From positions 1 to 34,847 of the forward strand of contig VGPA01000001.1 of assembly GCA_016875665.1 (NCBI GenBank): a stretch of DNA of 34,847 nucleotides, read 5' to 3'. The notes under the pieces were generated by a model. That model made no database searches, was not told where the DNA came from, and saw nothing but the letters and a program-made list of their open reading frames with translations. A program made the position numbers and the translations under genes. The stretch is from Chloroflexota bacterium (lineage in GTDB: Bacteria > Chloroflexota > Limnocylindria > P2-11E). The number at the start of each line of letters is the position of its first letter. Within the stretch, counting starts at the first letter, position 1. Below are positions 1 through 8,440 of this stretch, piece after piece.

Positions 1-970
1 TCGACACCGTCGCCTTCCCGCGAGCCAGGTACTCGTGCAGCTTGGTCGGCCAAACGGTCTCGGTGTAGACCGAGCGGAGATACGGCACGAGACAGACGTC
101 CATGCCGTCGATGTACGCGGGGAGGTCGACCGGCTCCCGCCGTCCCAGGACGTGCACGTTGGGCCTCGTCGCGATCGGCCACGGAGCCGAGACCTGCGGA
201 CCGATGAAGACGAAGCTCACGAGCGGCATCCGGTCGACGAGCTCCTCCAGGAAAGCGAGGTCGACGTGGGCATGGAGCCCGCCGACATAGCCCACGCGCG
301 GCCCGGGAATCGCCGCGAGGTCGGCCGGCACGGCCGTCGGGGGGCCGTAGAACACGTCGCCCACGGAGAACGGCGCACGGAGAACCCGGGGGTGCCGTCC
401 GGCGAGCCGTGCCTCGAGCACCCGGCCGCCGGCGAAGACGATGTCCACCTCGTGCAGCAGCTCATCCTCGGCTTGCCGGAGCGCCTGCGGGTCATCCGTC
501 ACGGGCTCGAAGTCCGCGACGCAGTAGTAGATCGCGAGCGAGCGAGTACCGCGGAATGCCCGAAAGGAGTCGAGGACGAGCTGATTGGGAAGAAACGTCC
601 ACAGCACCGGCCGGTGAAGGCCCGCCCGCTCCATCCGCCGAGGAAGACCATCGGCGAAGAGCCACCGATTGATCGCGCGCGCTATCGGCGACCATTGGAA
701 CGGAAGCACGAGCGGAGACAGGATCGTCAATCCCTCGACGCCCGCGCGCTCGCTGCCGCTCGGCGCGGCGCGCCAGTTCCGGAACCGGGCCAGAACCCGG
801 CGAGAGTCCGTGAAGCGGGGCCGGCGCACGCCGGTGTTCTCGATGAAGACCACACGCGAGCCGGACCGTGCTAGCCGCGACGTCACTTCCTGCGGTCCCT
901 GCCAGAGATAGGACCAATCGATGCTCGAAAAGCACACGTGAGCGCGTATCGGGCGACTGACCTCAGTCAT
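1..970 (-). CDS. Glycosyltransferase, GT-B fold (GT4, TuaH-like); 3' end cut by window edge
   Basis: Absent from the supplied ORF track because it has no stop inside the window. My translation of the minus strand from ATG 970-968 reads MTEVSRPIRAHVCFSSIDWSYLWQGPQEVTSRLARSGSRVVFIENTG...VGYVGGLHAHVDLAFLEELVDRMPLVSFVFIGP...LGRREPVDLPAYIDGMDVCLVPY...WPTKLHEYLARGKATVS. The S.DW..WQ.PQ N-terminus and the C-terminal GT1-type motif fit TuaH-like transferases. The listed + ORF 35..874 is its antisense shadow. Confidence 0.75.
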   Translation of the reverse strand, partial: MTEVSRPIRAHVCFSSIDWSYLWQGPQEVTSRLARSGSRVVFIENTGVRRPRFTDSRRVLARFRNWRAAPSGSERAGVEGLTILSPLVLPFQWSPIARAINRWLFADGLPRRMERAGLHRPVLWTFLPNQLVLDSFRAFRGTRSLAIYYCVADFEPVTDDPQALRQAEDELLHEVDIVFAGGRVLEARLAGRHPRVLRAPFSVGDVFYGPPTAVPADLAAIPGPRVGYVGGLHAHVDLAFLEELVDRMPLVSFVFIGPQVSAPWPIATRPNVHVLGRREPVDLPAYIDGMDVCLVPYLRSVYTETVWPTKLHEYLARGKATVS

Positions 971-1079
971 CGAGCACACGCGCAGTGGGACACACGGCCC
1001 TGAAGCTGGTGAGAATCGGTCGACTGTAGTACAGGCGAGCGCCGCGCAGACACGACAGCGGTGCGAGAATCTGTCTCCG
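971..1079. promoter_or_regulatory. Divergent intergenic region (candidate promoters for the minus-strand GT and the plus-strand rmlD-like gene)
   Basis: 109-bp spacer. GAGAAT at 1065-1070 lies 9 nt before GTG 1080 and could be a -10 for a near-leaderless mRNA. A second GAGAAT sits at 1011-1016. Palindrome CTGTAgTACAG at 1023-1033. Sequence pattern only. Confidence 0.3.
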
Positions 1080-1955
1080 GTGCGGACACTGCCGACGGAC
1101 TATCTGCTCATCGGTGCGGGAGGACTTGTCGGGGCCGCGCTGCGCTCGGCGCTCGCCGGTCGTTCGTTCACCGCCACCGCGCACGAGCGCGCGGTCCCCG
1201 GGGCGGTCACGATCGACGTGACCGACAGCGCCGCTCTCCGCGCGCTCATCCGCGCGGTGCGCCCACGCGCGATCATCGTCGCCGCGGCCGCCGCGTGGGT
1301 GGAGCGCTGCGAGCGGGAGCCCGACGCGACACGAGCCGTAAACGTGACGCCCGTCCGGATCGCGACCGAGGAGGCGGAGGCCCTCGGCGCGACCGTGGTC
1401 GTCTTCTCGAGCGAGTACGTCTTCGACGGCGGCCTCGGCCGGAGCTATGACGAGTCCGATCTCCCCGCTCCGCTCAACGAATACGGCCGCCAGAAGGTCG
1501 AACTGGAGCGGATCGCCGCATCGCGGGAGGCGCATCTCATATGCCGGACCTCGGGCGTGTTCGGTCCCGAGGGCGCCCGGAAGAACTTCGTCCTATCCCT
1601 CGTCGACACCCTCCGGACGGGGCGCCCGTACACCGTGCCGAGCGATCAGCTGATCACGCCCACATACGCTCCGGCGCTCGCCGAGTCGGTGCTGGCGCTC
1701 CTGGACCGCGGCGCGAGCGGCACCTTCCACACGAGTGGCCCGCAGGTCGTCAATCGTTTCGACTTCGCACGTGAGATCGCCGATGTGTTCCACCTGGACG
1801 CCGGCCTGCTGCAGGGACGCCTTACCGAGGAACTCGGGCTCCTCACACGCCGGCCGCTCGCCGCCGGACTCGACGCGTCGAAGCTCGCCGGCGCGGTTGG
1901 GCCGATGCCCACAGCGCGAAACGGATTGCTGGAGCTCCTGCGGCGGGAGGGATAG
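1080..1955 (+). CDS. rmlD: RmlD-family NDP-4-keto-6-deoxyhexose reductase (dTDP-4-dehydrorhamnose reductase-like)
   Basis: 291 aa with a GTG start. Rossmann N-terminus LLIGAGGLVG, SSEYVFDG and the catalytic YGRQK (YxxxK). Length and layout are typical of RmlD. The substrate may be a C-methylated sugar rather than rhamnose, because no rmlB or rmlC is in the window. Confidence 0.7.
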   Translation: MRTLPTDYLLIGAGGLVGAALRSALAGRSFTATAHERAVPGAVTIDVTDSAALRALIRAVRPRAIIVAAAAAWVERCEREPDATRAVNVTPVRIATEEAEALGATVVVFSSEYVFDGGLGRSYDESDLPAPLNEYGRQKVELERIAASREAHLICRTSGVFGPEGARKNFVLSLVDTLRTGRPYTVPSDQLITPTYAPALAESVLALLDRGASGTFHTSGPQVVNRFDFAREIADVFHLDAGLLQGRLTEELGLLTRRPLAAGLDASKLAGAVGPMPTARNGLLELLRREG

Positions 1956-1957
1956 CG

Positions 1958-2695
1958 CTACTCGACGGGCTTGTTCGCTCCGCGTTCGGCGACCATCACG
2001 CTCGCCTTGAGCAGCAGTTCGATCGACTCACCGCAGTCGGCCCAGTACCCGCGAATCCGCTCGATCGCGACCTCACCACGCTTGATGTAGTGATTGTTGA
2101 CGTCGGTGATCTCGAGCTCGCCGCGACCGGACGGCACGAGCGTCTTCACGACCTCGAACACGTCCGCCGCATACAGGTACAGGCCCGTGACGGCGTAGCG
2201 CGAGGCCGGCACGGCCGGCTTCTCGACGATCCGGACAACACGGTCGCCGTCGAACTCCGGCACCCCGTACGCGGATGGATTGTCCACCTCCGCGAGCACC
2301 AGTCGGGCGCCGACGGGCCGCTCGCGGAAGCGCTTCAGGACCGGCGCGACCGAGTACTCGAAGATGTTGTCGCCGAGGAGCACCGCGACTGGATCGCCGG
2401 CCGCGAAGTGCTCCGCGAGGCCGAGGGCCTCGGCGATGCCGCCCGCCCGCTCCTGGTACGCGTAGTCGAGGTGCCGGAGACCGAACGCCGAGCCGTTCCC
2501 GAGCAGCTGCAGGAACTCGCCGGCGTGGTTGCCGCCGGTGACGACCATGATGCGGTCGATCCCCGCCCCGGCCAGCTGCTCGATCGCGTGGTAGATCATC
2601 GGCTTGTCGTAAACGGGCAGCAGGTGCTTGTTCGTGATGCGGGTCAGCGGGTGCAGCCGGGTGCCGTAGCCGCCGGCGAGGATGATCCCCTTCAT
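1958..2695 (-). CDS. rmlA: Glucose-1-phosphate thymidylyltransferase (short RmlA type)
   Basis: MKGIILAGGYGTRLHPLTRITNKHLLPVYDKPMIYH..., LGDNIF, YGVPEFD, EKP, RGELEITDVN. I take ATG 2695 as the start. The track ORF extends 32 codons further upstream into the preceding gene. ATGA overlap with the upstream stop (2692-2695). Confidence 0.88.
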   Translation of the reverse strand: MKGIILAGGYGTRLHPLTRITNKHLLPVYDKPMIYHAIEQLAGAGIDRIMVVTGGNHAGEFLQLLGNGSAFGLRHLDYAYQERAGGIAEALGLAEHFAAGDPVAVLLGDNIFEYSVAPVLKRFRERPVGARLVLAEVDNPSAYGVPEFDGDRVVRIVEKPAVPASRYAVTGLYLYAADVFEVVKTLVPSGRGELEITDVNNHYIKRGEVAIERIRGYWADCGESIELLLKASVMVAERGANKPVE

Positions 2696-3945
2696 GTCAG
2701 GAGCCGCGCTGTCGGCACCGGATGGATGAAGCATCCACCCGCCGCGGCGTACGCGCGGTAGCGGCGGACGATGTCGTCCGCGTAGTTCCAAGCGAGCAGC
2801 AGGGTGTAGTCCGGGCGCTCGGTGAGGATGGCGCCGTCCTCGCGCACCGGGATGTGGGTCCCGGGAGTGAGCAGCCCCTGCTTGTACGGGGTGGAGTCGC
2901 CGATGAAGTCGAGTGTCTCCGGACCGATCCCGCAGTAGTTGAGGAGCGTGTTGCCCTTGGCGCTCGCTCCGAGCCCCGCGAGCCGCTTTCCCGACGCGCG
3001 CAGGCTTCCGAGCAGGTCGCGCAGCGCGACCCGCGACGCGACGACGCGCTCCGCGAAACGGCGGGAGGCGTCGGCGCCCAGCAGCCCACCCGACTCCTCG
3101 CTGCGTCGCAGGTCGTGAAGCCGGGAGGTGGGCGCGTGACGGCCGGCCCGTCCCATGAAGACCCGGATGGAGCCACCGTGGAACGCGATCCGCTGCACGT
3201 CGAACACCTCCATCCCCGCGGTCTTCGCCAGGACCTCGAGCGGTCCGAGGGCGAAATACGACAGGTGCTCGTGATACATCGTGTCGTACTCGACCTGGTC
3301 GAAGAGGTCCTGAAGGTACGGCACTTCCGCTACGAACACTCCGTCGGGGGTGAGCAGGGTGTCGAGTCCCCCGAGGAAGTCGTGGATGTCGTCGATGTGG
3401 GCGAACACGTTGTTCGCGAGCACCGCCTGCGCCCTCCCCTTCTCCGCGGCGATGGCGCGCGCCGCCGCGCTGGAGAAGAACTCGACGCGCGTCTCGAGGC
3501 CCGCGCGATTGGCGATCGCCGCCATGTTCGCCGCCGGCTCGACGCCGAGCGCCGCGACGCCCCGGTCGCGCAAAGGCTTCAGCAGGATCCCGTCATTGCT
3601 GCCGATCTCGACGACGCACGCGCCGCGCAGCGGGAAGCGGCCGACCAACTCCTCGGCCAGCTCGTCGAAGTGCGCGTGGGTGGGCAGCGACGCCGACGAC
3701 GAGTAGAGGTAGTCGCCGAACATCAGCGCCGGGTTCACGACGACGCTCAGCTGCACGAGCCCGCACCGCGTGCAGCGCACGGCTTCGAGCGGGAAGCGCC
3801 GTTCCGGCTCCCCTGCTCTTGCCGGGTCGACGAACGAGTTCGCCAGCGGGGTGACGCCGAGCGAGACGACCAACTCGAGGTCGGCCAACCGGCAGATGCG
3901 GCATGCAGTAAGGACTCGATGGTCGCGCGTGCCTGCGCCGGTCAT
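2692..3945 (-). CDS. NDP-hexose C-methyltransferase (TylCIII-like; Zn ribbon + SAM MTase + C-MT C-terminal domain), paralogue 1
   Basis: 417 aa from ATG 3945 (MTGAGTRDHRVLTACRICR...). CxxC...CxxC ribbon, VVEIGSNDG SAM motif, NNVFAHIDD, EVPY...YDTMYHEHLSYF, GASAKGNTLLNY, PYKQG...PG..IPV. The 222-codon upstream extension in the track (to 4611) is Arg/Gly/Pro junk overlapping the next gene. Confidence 0.8.
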   Translation of the reverse strand: MTGAGTRDHRVLTACRICRLADLELVVSLGVTPLANSFVDPARAGEPERRFPLEAVRCTRCGLVQLSVVVNPALMFGDYLYSSSASLPTHAHFDELAEELVGRFPLRGACVVEIGSNDGILLKPLRDRGVAALGVEPAANMAAIANRAGLETRVEFFSSAAARAIAAEKGRAQAVLANNVFAHIDDIHDFLGGLDTLLTPDGVFVAEVPYLQDLFDQVEYDTMYHEHLSYFALGPLEVLAKTAGMEVFDVQRIAFHGGSIRVFMGRAGRHAPTSRLHDLRRSEESGGLLGADASRRFAERVVASRVALRDLLGSLRASGKRLAGLGASAKGNTLLNYCGIGPETLDFIGDSTPYKQGLLTPGTHIPVREDGAILTERPDYTLLLAWNYADDIVRRYRAYAAAGGCFIHPVPTARLLT

Positions 3946-5027
3946 CGCCCGCTCACGGCCCCGACCGCGTGCCAGAAGGGCATCTGCGGAGAGAAGCGGA
4001 TCGAAGTGAGCCCGGCCGCGCCGAGCAGCGCACGCATGGCTTCGCGCGTGAAGCGCTGCTCGACCTGCGTCCCGAATCGGTCGAGGCTGTCGTTGCGCAT
4101 GATCCTGAAGGGAAGGCCGCGATAGAAGGACAGCGGGAGCTGGTCCGCAAGTGCCTTCAGGCCCCACGCATGGAGCAGTCTCGAGAGGCGCGCGAGCGGC
4201 AGATACACCACGAGCGCCACGGCTGTGGCGAACGCGTGCGCCGCCGAGCGCGGCAGACGGCTGACCACACGGCGGGCGAGGTCGACCACGCGGAACATGA
4301 TCCGGTACGGGAAGGGGCGGCCGTCGAGCGCGTAGTAGAGGTAGATGAGCGCCAGGCCACCGGGCCGGATGGCCCGGACGACGCTCCCCAGAGCCCGTGC
4401 GGGCTCGGCGACGTGATGCAGAACCCCCAGCGAGTACGCCCAGTCGACCGCGCCGGCGCGCAGCGGCACCGCGTGCACGTCCGCCTGCACGAAGGCGATC
4501 CGATCGGACCCCGCGTTGCGCTGGGCCACGTCGACGCTGTACCCGAGGTCCATCGCCACGACGCGCGGGCCGCGCGCGGCCACCTCCACCGCCCACCGGC
4601 CCGCGCCACACCCGGCATCGAGCACGATCGCGGTCGAGGCGAAGCGCTCCTCATCGACGAGGTCGAAGTACTCGCCAAAGACCTTGCCGAGTTCCTCGGT
4701 ACCGGTCGCCGAATAGCGCGACCACTCGTAGTCGAATCCGCTCACGACGGCATCCTCGGTCGCCGTCTCCGCGGACCAGCGGCGCCCGAGGGCCAGAGCG
4801 CCGGCGTCGCGCTCGAACCAGCTGGCATGCCGGCGAACCAATGTCGCGCGATGGCCCCCGACCAGGAGGCGCGGGATGCCGTCGATCACGGGGAACGCCT
4901 CCTCGCACGGAGGGTGCTCGTGGACGAGAACGCCCTGCCGCAGATCGTCGGCCGCCGCGCGGAACGTGAGGGCGCCGCCGCACCCCGGGCAGCCGAGCAG
5001 GTCGACGAGCCAGTCGAGCGTGCTCAC
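3942..5027 (-). CDS. Class I SAM-dependent methyltransferase with N-terminal Trm112-like zinc ribbon, paralogue 1
   Basis: 361 aa from GTG 5027 (VSTLDWLVDLLGCPGCGGAL...CEEAFPVIDGIPRLL). SAM motif VLDAGCGAGRW, then RPGG. GTGA overlap with the upstream stop and ATGA overlap with the downstream start. Confidence 0.7.
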   Translation of the reverse strand: MSTLDWLVDLLGCPGCGGALTFRAAADDLRQGVLVHEHPPCEEAFPVIDGIPRLLVGGHRATLVRRHASWFERDAGALALGRRWSAETATEDAVVSGFDYEWSRYSATGTEELGKVFGEYFDLVDEERFASTAIVLDAGCGAGRWAVEVAARGPRVVAMDLGYSVDVAQRNAGSDRIAFVQADVHAVPLRAGAVDWAYSLGVLHHVAEPARALGSVVRAIRPGGLALIYLYYALDGRPFPYRIMFRVVDLARRVVSRLPRSAAHAFATAVALVVYLPLARLSRLLHAWGLKALADQLPLSFYRGLPFRIMRNDSLDRFGTQVEQRFTREAMRALLGAAGLTSIRFSPQMPFWHAVGAVSGR

Positions 5028-6112
5028 GGGGTCGCCGCCCGGCGCAGGACCTCGGCGAAGCGCGGGGCCTGCACCGTGACGGAGTAGCGCGCTTCCAAGC
5101 GCCGGCGTCCGGCGGCGCCGAGACGCTCGCGCAGCGCCGGGTCCGCGGCCAGCCGCTCGATCGCCTCGACCCACTCCTGGGTGCCGCTCACGCAGTACCC
5201 CGCCTCGTTCCCGCCGATGACGTCCTCGTTCACGCCGACGCGCGACGCGACGACGGGGATGCCCGCGGCCATGTACAGCATCGCCTTGAATGCTCCCTTG
5301 CCCCGCGTCCACGCGTCGTCGGGCTCCGGGAGAAGGCCGATGTCGAAGCTCGCGACGTCCTGGGGCTCCTGCTCCAGCCGGTAGGGCAGGCACTCCACCT
5401 TGACGCTGGGGTGCTCGTAGCGGCCACCGACGACGCGCACGACGAAGTCGCCCCTCCGAGCGAGGATCTCGAGCGCCTCGTCCATGAGGTGGAGGTAGGG
5501 CGCCGTGGTGCTCGACCCGACCCACCCGAGCACTACGGGCGGCACCCTGCCGGCGGCGCCGCGCAATTGATGGCGAACGGTATCGACCGCGGTCGAGATG
5601 ATCACGACCCGCGGATTGTGTTCCCGCGCCCAGGCCGCCAGGTATTCGTTGCCGACGATCACGGAGTGCGCGCGGCGCGTCGCCTCACGCACGCGCGACG
5701 GATGACGCAGCCACGCCCAGCGGCGGTTCGAGGGGTGCACTGGTGCGAGGAAGATCGCATCGTCGAAGTCGAACACATAGCGGCGTCGCAGGAGTGACAG
5801 CAGCCGTTCGAAGAGTGGCGGCCCAAGGGGCGCCGATTCGCGGTAGACCACCACGAGATCGAACCGGCCGATCCGCGCCGCGTCGCGGATTCGCCGCCCG
5901 ATCCCCCGGAGCACCGCGAGCGCCTTGGCGAAGGTGCGCCCGGGCTCGTAGAGCCCCGCGTAGGCCGAGTCATCGAAGAACGGCGAAACCTCGAGGACGA
6001 TGCCCATCCTTCGAAGCGGGCCGGCGAATTGCTCGATGCGGAGCCGGTTCCCCGCGCCCAGGGTGGGAAGCGTGGTGAGGCACAGGACTCGCAGCGGGTC
6101 AGAGCCGCTCAA
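5024..6112 (-). CDS. Glycosyltransferase family 4 (GT-B)
   Basis: 362 aa: LRVLCLTT...GAGNRLR, VLGWVGSSTT, KGAFKAMLYMAAGIPVVASRVGVNEDVI. The only in-frame start near the N-terminus is TTG 6112, which overlaps the upstream gene by 14 nt, so the start is uncertain. Confidence 0.72.
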   Translation of the reverse strand: MSGSDPLRVLCLTTLPTLGAGNRLRIEQFAGPLRRMGIVLEVSPFFDDSAYAGLYEPGRTFAKALAVLRGIGRRIRDAARIGRFDLVVVYRESAPLGPPLFERLLSLLRRRYVFDFDDAIFLAPVHPSNRRWAWLRHPSRVREATRRAHSVIVGNEYLAAWAREHNPRVVIISTAVDTVRHQLRGAAGRVPPVVLGWVGSSTTAPYLHLMDEALEILARRGDFVVRVVGGRYEHPSVKVECLPYRLEQEPQDVASFDIGLLPEPDDAWTRGKGAFKAMLYMAAGIPVVASRVGVNEDVIGGNEAGYCVSGTQEWVEAIERLAADPALRERLGAAGRRRLEARYSVTVQAPRFAEVLRRAATP

Positions 6113-7445
6113 CGGTCGCGTTTCCGCGCAGCCCCTTCGTCGCGTTCACGGCGTCGAACACGAGCGGCGCGTGCGCGAGGATTGCGGCGACGTCGACGTT
6201 CGAGTGGCCAACGAGGATCACGACGCAGTCGGTCGCCGCGAGGCGCTCAGGGGACAACGGGACGGAGCGCAGCTCGCGGCCTTTCCCGCCCTCGTGCGTC
6301 CCTCCGTACAGGCCGTCCGAGAGGGTCAGCCGCGGCACGAACGGATCGTGGTAGTCCAGCGCCGCGCCTTCGTTCGCCAGGATCTCCATCACCCGGATCG
6401 CTGCCGAGTTGCGCGCGTCGTCGATGTCGCGCTTGAACGACGCGCCAATCACCAGGATGCGCGCGCCGAACATGGCCTTCCCCGCGGCCGCGAGCATCCG
6501 TCGCACGCGGTCGGCGGTGAAGAACGGCATCTCGAGGTTCGTCTCCGCCGCGAGCTCGATGAACTTCGTGTGGAAGTCGAACTCACGCGCCTTCCACGAA
6601 AGGTAGTAGGGGTCGACCGGAATGCAGTGCCCTCCCACTCCGGGACCCGGGGTGAAGGCCATGAACCCGTACGGCTTGGTCGAGGCGGCCTCGATGACTT
6701 CCCAAAGATCGATGTCCATGCGATGGCTCAGCATCGCAAGCTCGTTCACGAGCGCGATGTTCACCGAGCGGAAGATGTTCTCGAGGAGCTTCGTCATTTC
6801 GGCCGCACGCGCGGAGGACACCGGGTGCACGGCACCCGCGGTGACGACCTGACGGAGCACCTGGACCGCCAGCTCCGTGCTTTCGGCGTCGATACCACCG
6901 ACGACCTTCGGGGTGCTGGTGATGGTGAAGCTCTTGTTGCCCGGGTCGATTCGCTCCGGAGAGAAGGCGAGGTGGAAGTCCGGTCCCGCGCGGAGACCGC
7001 CACGCTCGAGGATGGGGCGAAGCACCTCCTCCGTCGTGCCGGGGAAGGTCGTGCTCTCGAGAATGACGAGCTGACCCTTCCGAAGGCGCGGCTGGATGCC
7101 CTCAGCCGCACTGACGACGAATGTCAGGTCCGGTGCCTTGACCTTGTCGAACGGTGTGGGCACGGACACGAAGATGATGTCCGCCTCGCGCAGCGCGTCG
7201 TACTCATGCGTCGCACGAAAGACACCCTTGTTCACAGCCGCAGCGACCGTGTCGCTGGCGACGTCCAGGATGTGGCTCTCGCCGCGCTCCAGGCGCGCGA
7301 TCCGCCCGTTGTCGGTGTCGATCCCGATGGTGCGGAAGCCGACCTTCGCGAAGGCCATCGCGAGAGGCAGCCCCACGTAACCCAGCCCGATGACTGCGAC
7401 GACCGCGGAGTGATCGGCGATACGGCCGCGAAGGGCCTCGTTCAA
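6099..7445 (-). CDS. Nucleotide-sugar 6-dehydrogenase (UDP-GlcNAc/ManNAc dehydrogenase type; WbpO/TviB/Cap5O-like)
   Basis: VAVIGLGYVGLPLAMAFA, SVPTP, AFSPERIDPGN, catalytic GPGVGGHCIPVDPYYL, and a C-terminal UDP-binding domain (ILVIGASFKRDIDDARNS). Best start is TTG 7445, forming a TTGA overlap with the upstream stop. The track extension to 7784 is junk. Confidence 0.8.
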   Translation of the reverse strand: MNEALRGRIADHSAVVAVIGLGYVGLPLAMAFAKVGFRTIGIDTDNGRIARLERGESHILDVASDTVAAAVNKGVFRATHEYDALREADIIFVSVPTPFDKVKAPDLTFVVSAAEGIQPRLRKGQLVILESTTFPGTTEEVLRPILERGGLRAGPDFHLAFSPERIDPGNKSFTITSTPKVVGGIDAESTELAVQVLRQVVTAGAVHPVSSARAAEMTKLLENIFRSVNIALVNELAMLSHRMDIDLWEVIEAASTKPYGFMAFTPGPGVGGHCIPVDPYYLSWKAREFDFHTKFIELAAETNLEMPFFTADRVRRMLAAAGKAMFGARILVIGASFKRDIDDARNSAAIRVMEILANEGAALDYHDPFVPRLTLSDGLYGGTHEGGKGRELRSVPLSPERLAATDCVVILVGHSNVDVAAILAHAPLVFDAVNATKGLRGNATVERL

Positions 7446-8440
7446 TGCATCACCGGCTTGCCGGCGTAGTTGCGGCGGCACCAGTCGAGGGTCTGCCGCA
7501 GGCCGTCCTCGAATGTGACTGTCGCCTCGAAGCCAAGAACGGCGCGGGCGCGGGTGACGTCGGGGACGCGGCGGCGCGTGTCCTCGAAGCCCTTCGGGTA
7601 GTACGACTCGTACGGGACCATCTGGATCTCCGCGCGTGGGTTGAGGGTGGTGCGCACCATCTCGGCGAGGGTCAGGATGCTCACCTCGTGCTGCCCGCCG
7701 ATGTTCACCACGGTGCCCACCGCGGCGTCGCGCGTGGCGGCGAGCATCGTCCCGTGGACGGTATCGCTGACGAACGTGAAGCATCGCGTCTGCGCGCCGT
7801 CGCCGTGCACCGTCAACGGCTCACCGCGGAGCGCCTGGCCGGCGAAGCGAGCGATCACGCTCCCGTAGCCCGACTCGTCGATGCGCGGGCCGTACGAGTT
7901 GAAGTAGCGGACGACCGAGACGCGCAGCCCCATGTCGGCGTACGCGAACGCCAGGTGCTCGTCCATGGCCTTCCCGGTGGAGTACGACCAGCGGTGCACC
8001 CACGTCGGTCCGAGCACCCGCTCGCCGTCTTCGCGGAAGGGGACCTGGTCGCTGCGCCCGTACACCTCGGAGGTGGACGCGATCAGCATGCGCACCTTGT
8101 GGCGATGCGCGGACGCCAGCGCGTTCTCCGTGCCGCGCACGTTCGTCAGCATCGACGCCAGCGGGTCCGCGACGATGTGCCGGACGCCCACGGCGGCCGC
8201 GAGGTGATACGTCGTCGAAGAGTCGGCCACCAGCCTGTCGACGAGTTCGGCGTCGAGCACCGAGCCGCGGACGATCGACAGGCGATCGTGGCCCGCGGCA
8301 CCCGCGAGATTCGCATCCCGACCGGTCGAGAAGTTGTCGAGGACGGTGACCCGGGCACCGGCGGCGAGGAGTCGATCGACCAGGTGCGAACCGATGAAGC
8401 CGGCACCGCCAGTTACGAGGATTCGCTCCGCGTCAGACAA
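7442..8440 (-). CDS. Extended SDR, UDP-glucuronate decarboxylase / ArnA C-terminal-domain-like
   Basis: ILVTGGAGFIGSHLVDRL, STSEVYG, RWSYSTGKAMDE (YxxxK), RYFNSYGPR...ALRGEPLTVHGDGAQTRCFTFVSD. TTG start at 8440 overlaps the upstream gene by 8 nt. Confidence 0.7.
   Translation of the reverse strand: MSDAERILVTGGAGFIGSHLVDRLLAAGARVTVLDNFSTGRDANLAGAAGHDRLSIVRGSVLDAELVDRLVADSSTTYHLAAAVGVRHIVADPLASMLTNVRGTENALASAHRHKVRMLIASTSEVYGRSDQVPFREDGERVLGPTWVHRWSYSTGKAMDEHLAFAYADMGLRVSVVRYFNSYGPRIDESGYGSVIARFAGQALRGEPLTVHGDGAQTRCFTFVSDTVHGTMLAATRDAAVGTVVNIGGQHEVSILTLAEMVRTTLNPRAEIQMVPYESYYPKGFEDTRRRVPDVTRARAVLGFEATVTFEDGLRQTLDWCRRNYAGKPVMH

Noticed and set aside
1023-1033. CTGTAgTACAG palindrome as a LexA/SOS box
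   Set aside because: The spacing (CTGT-N3-ACAG) does not fit CTGT-N8-ACAG or the actinobacterial TCGAAC-N4-GTTCGA. It is only 11 bp, so it may be a chance palindrome.
3946-4611. Long N-terminal extensions of track ORFs: 2692..4611, 3942..5525, 6099..7784, 21369..22286, 30980..32035, 12896..14773
   Set aside because: The extensions overlap the upstream gene, are low-complexity Arg/Gly/Pro, and precede obvious family N-termini that sit at ATGA, GTGA or TTGA overlap starts.
6000-7469. Other long shadow ORFs: +489 aa at 6000..7469, and likewise 2722..4125 +, 7445..8467 +, 8413..9843 -, 29625..31304 +, 35..874 +, 26281..27294 -
   Set aside because: Each lies opposite to, or frame-shifted within, a gene with clear family motifs. 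All have Arg/Pro/Gly-biased, motif-free translations.
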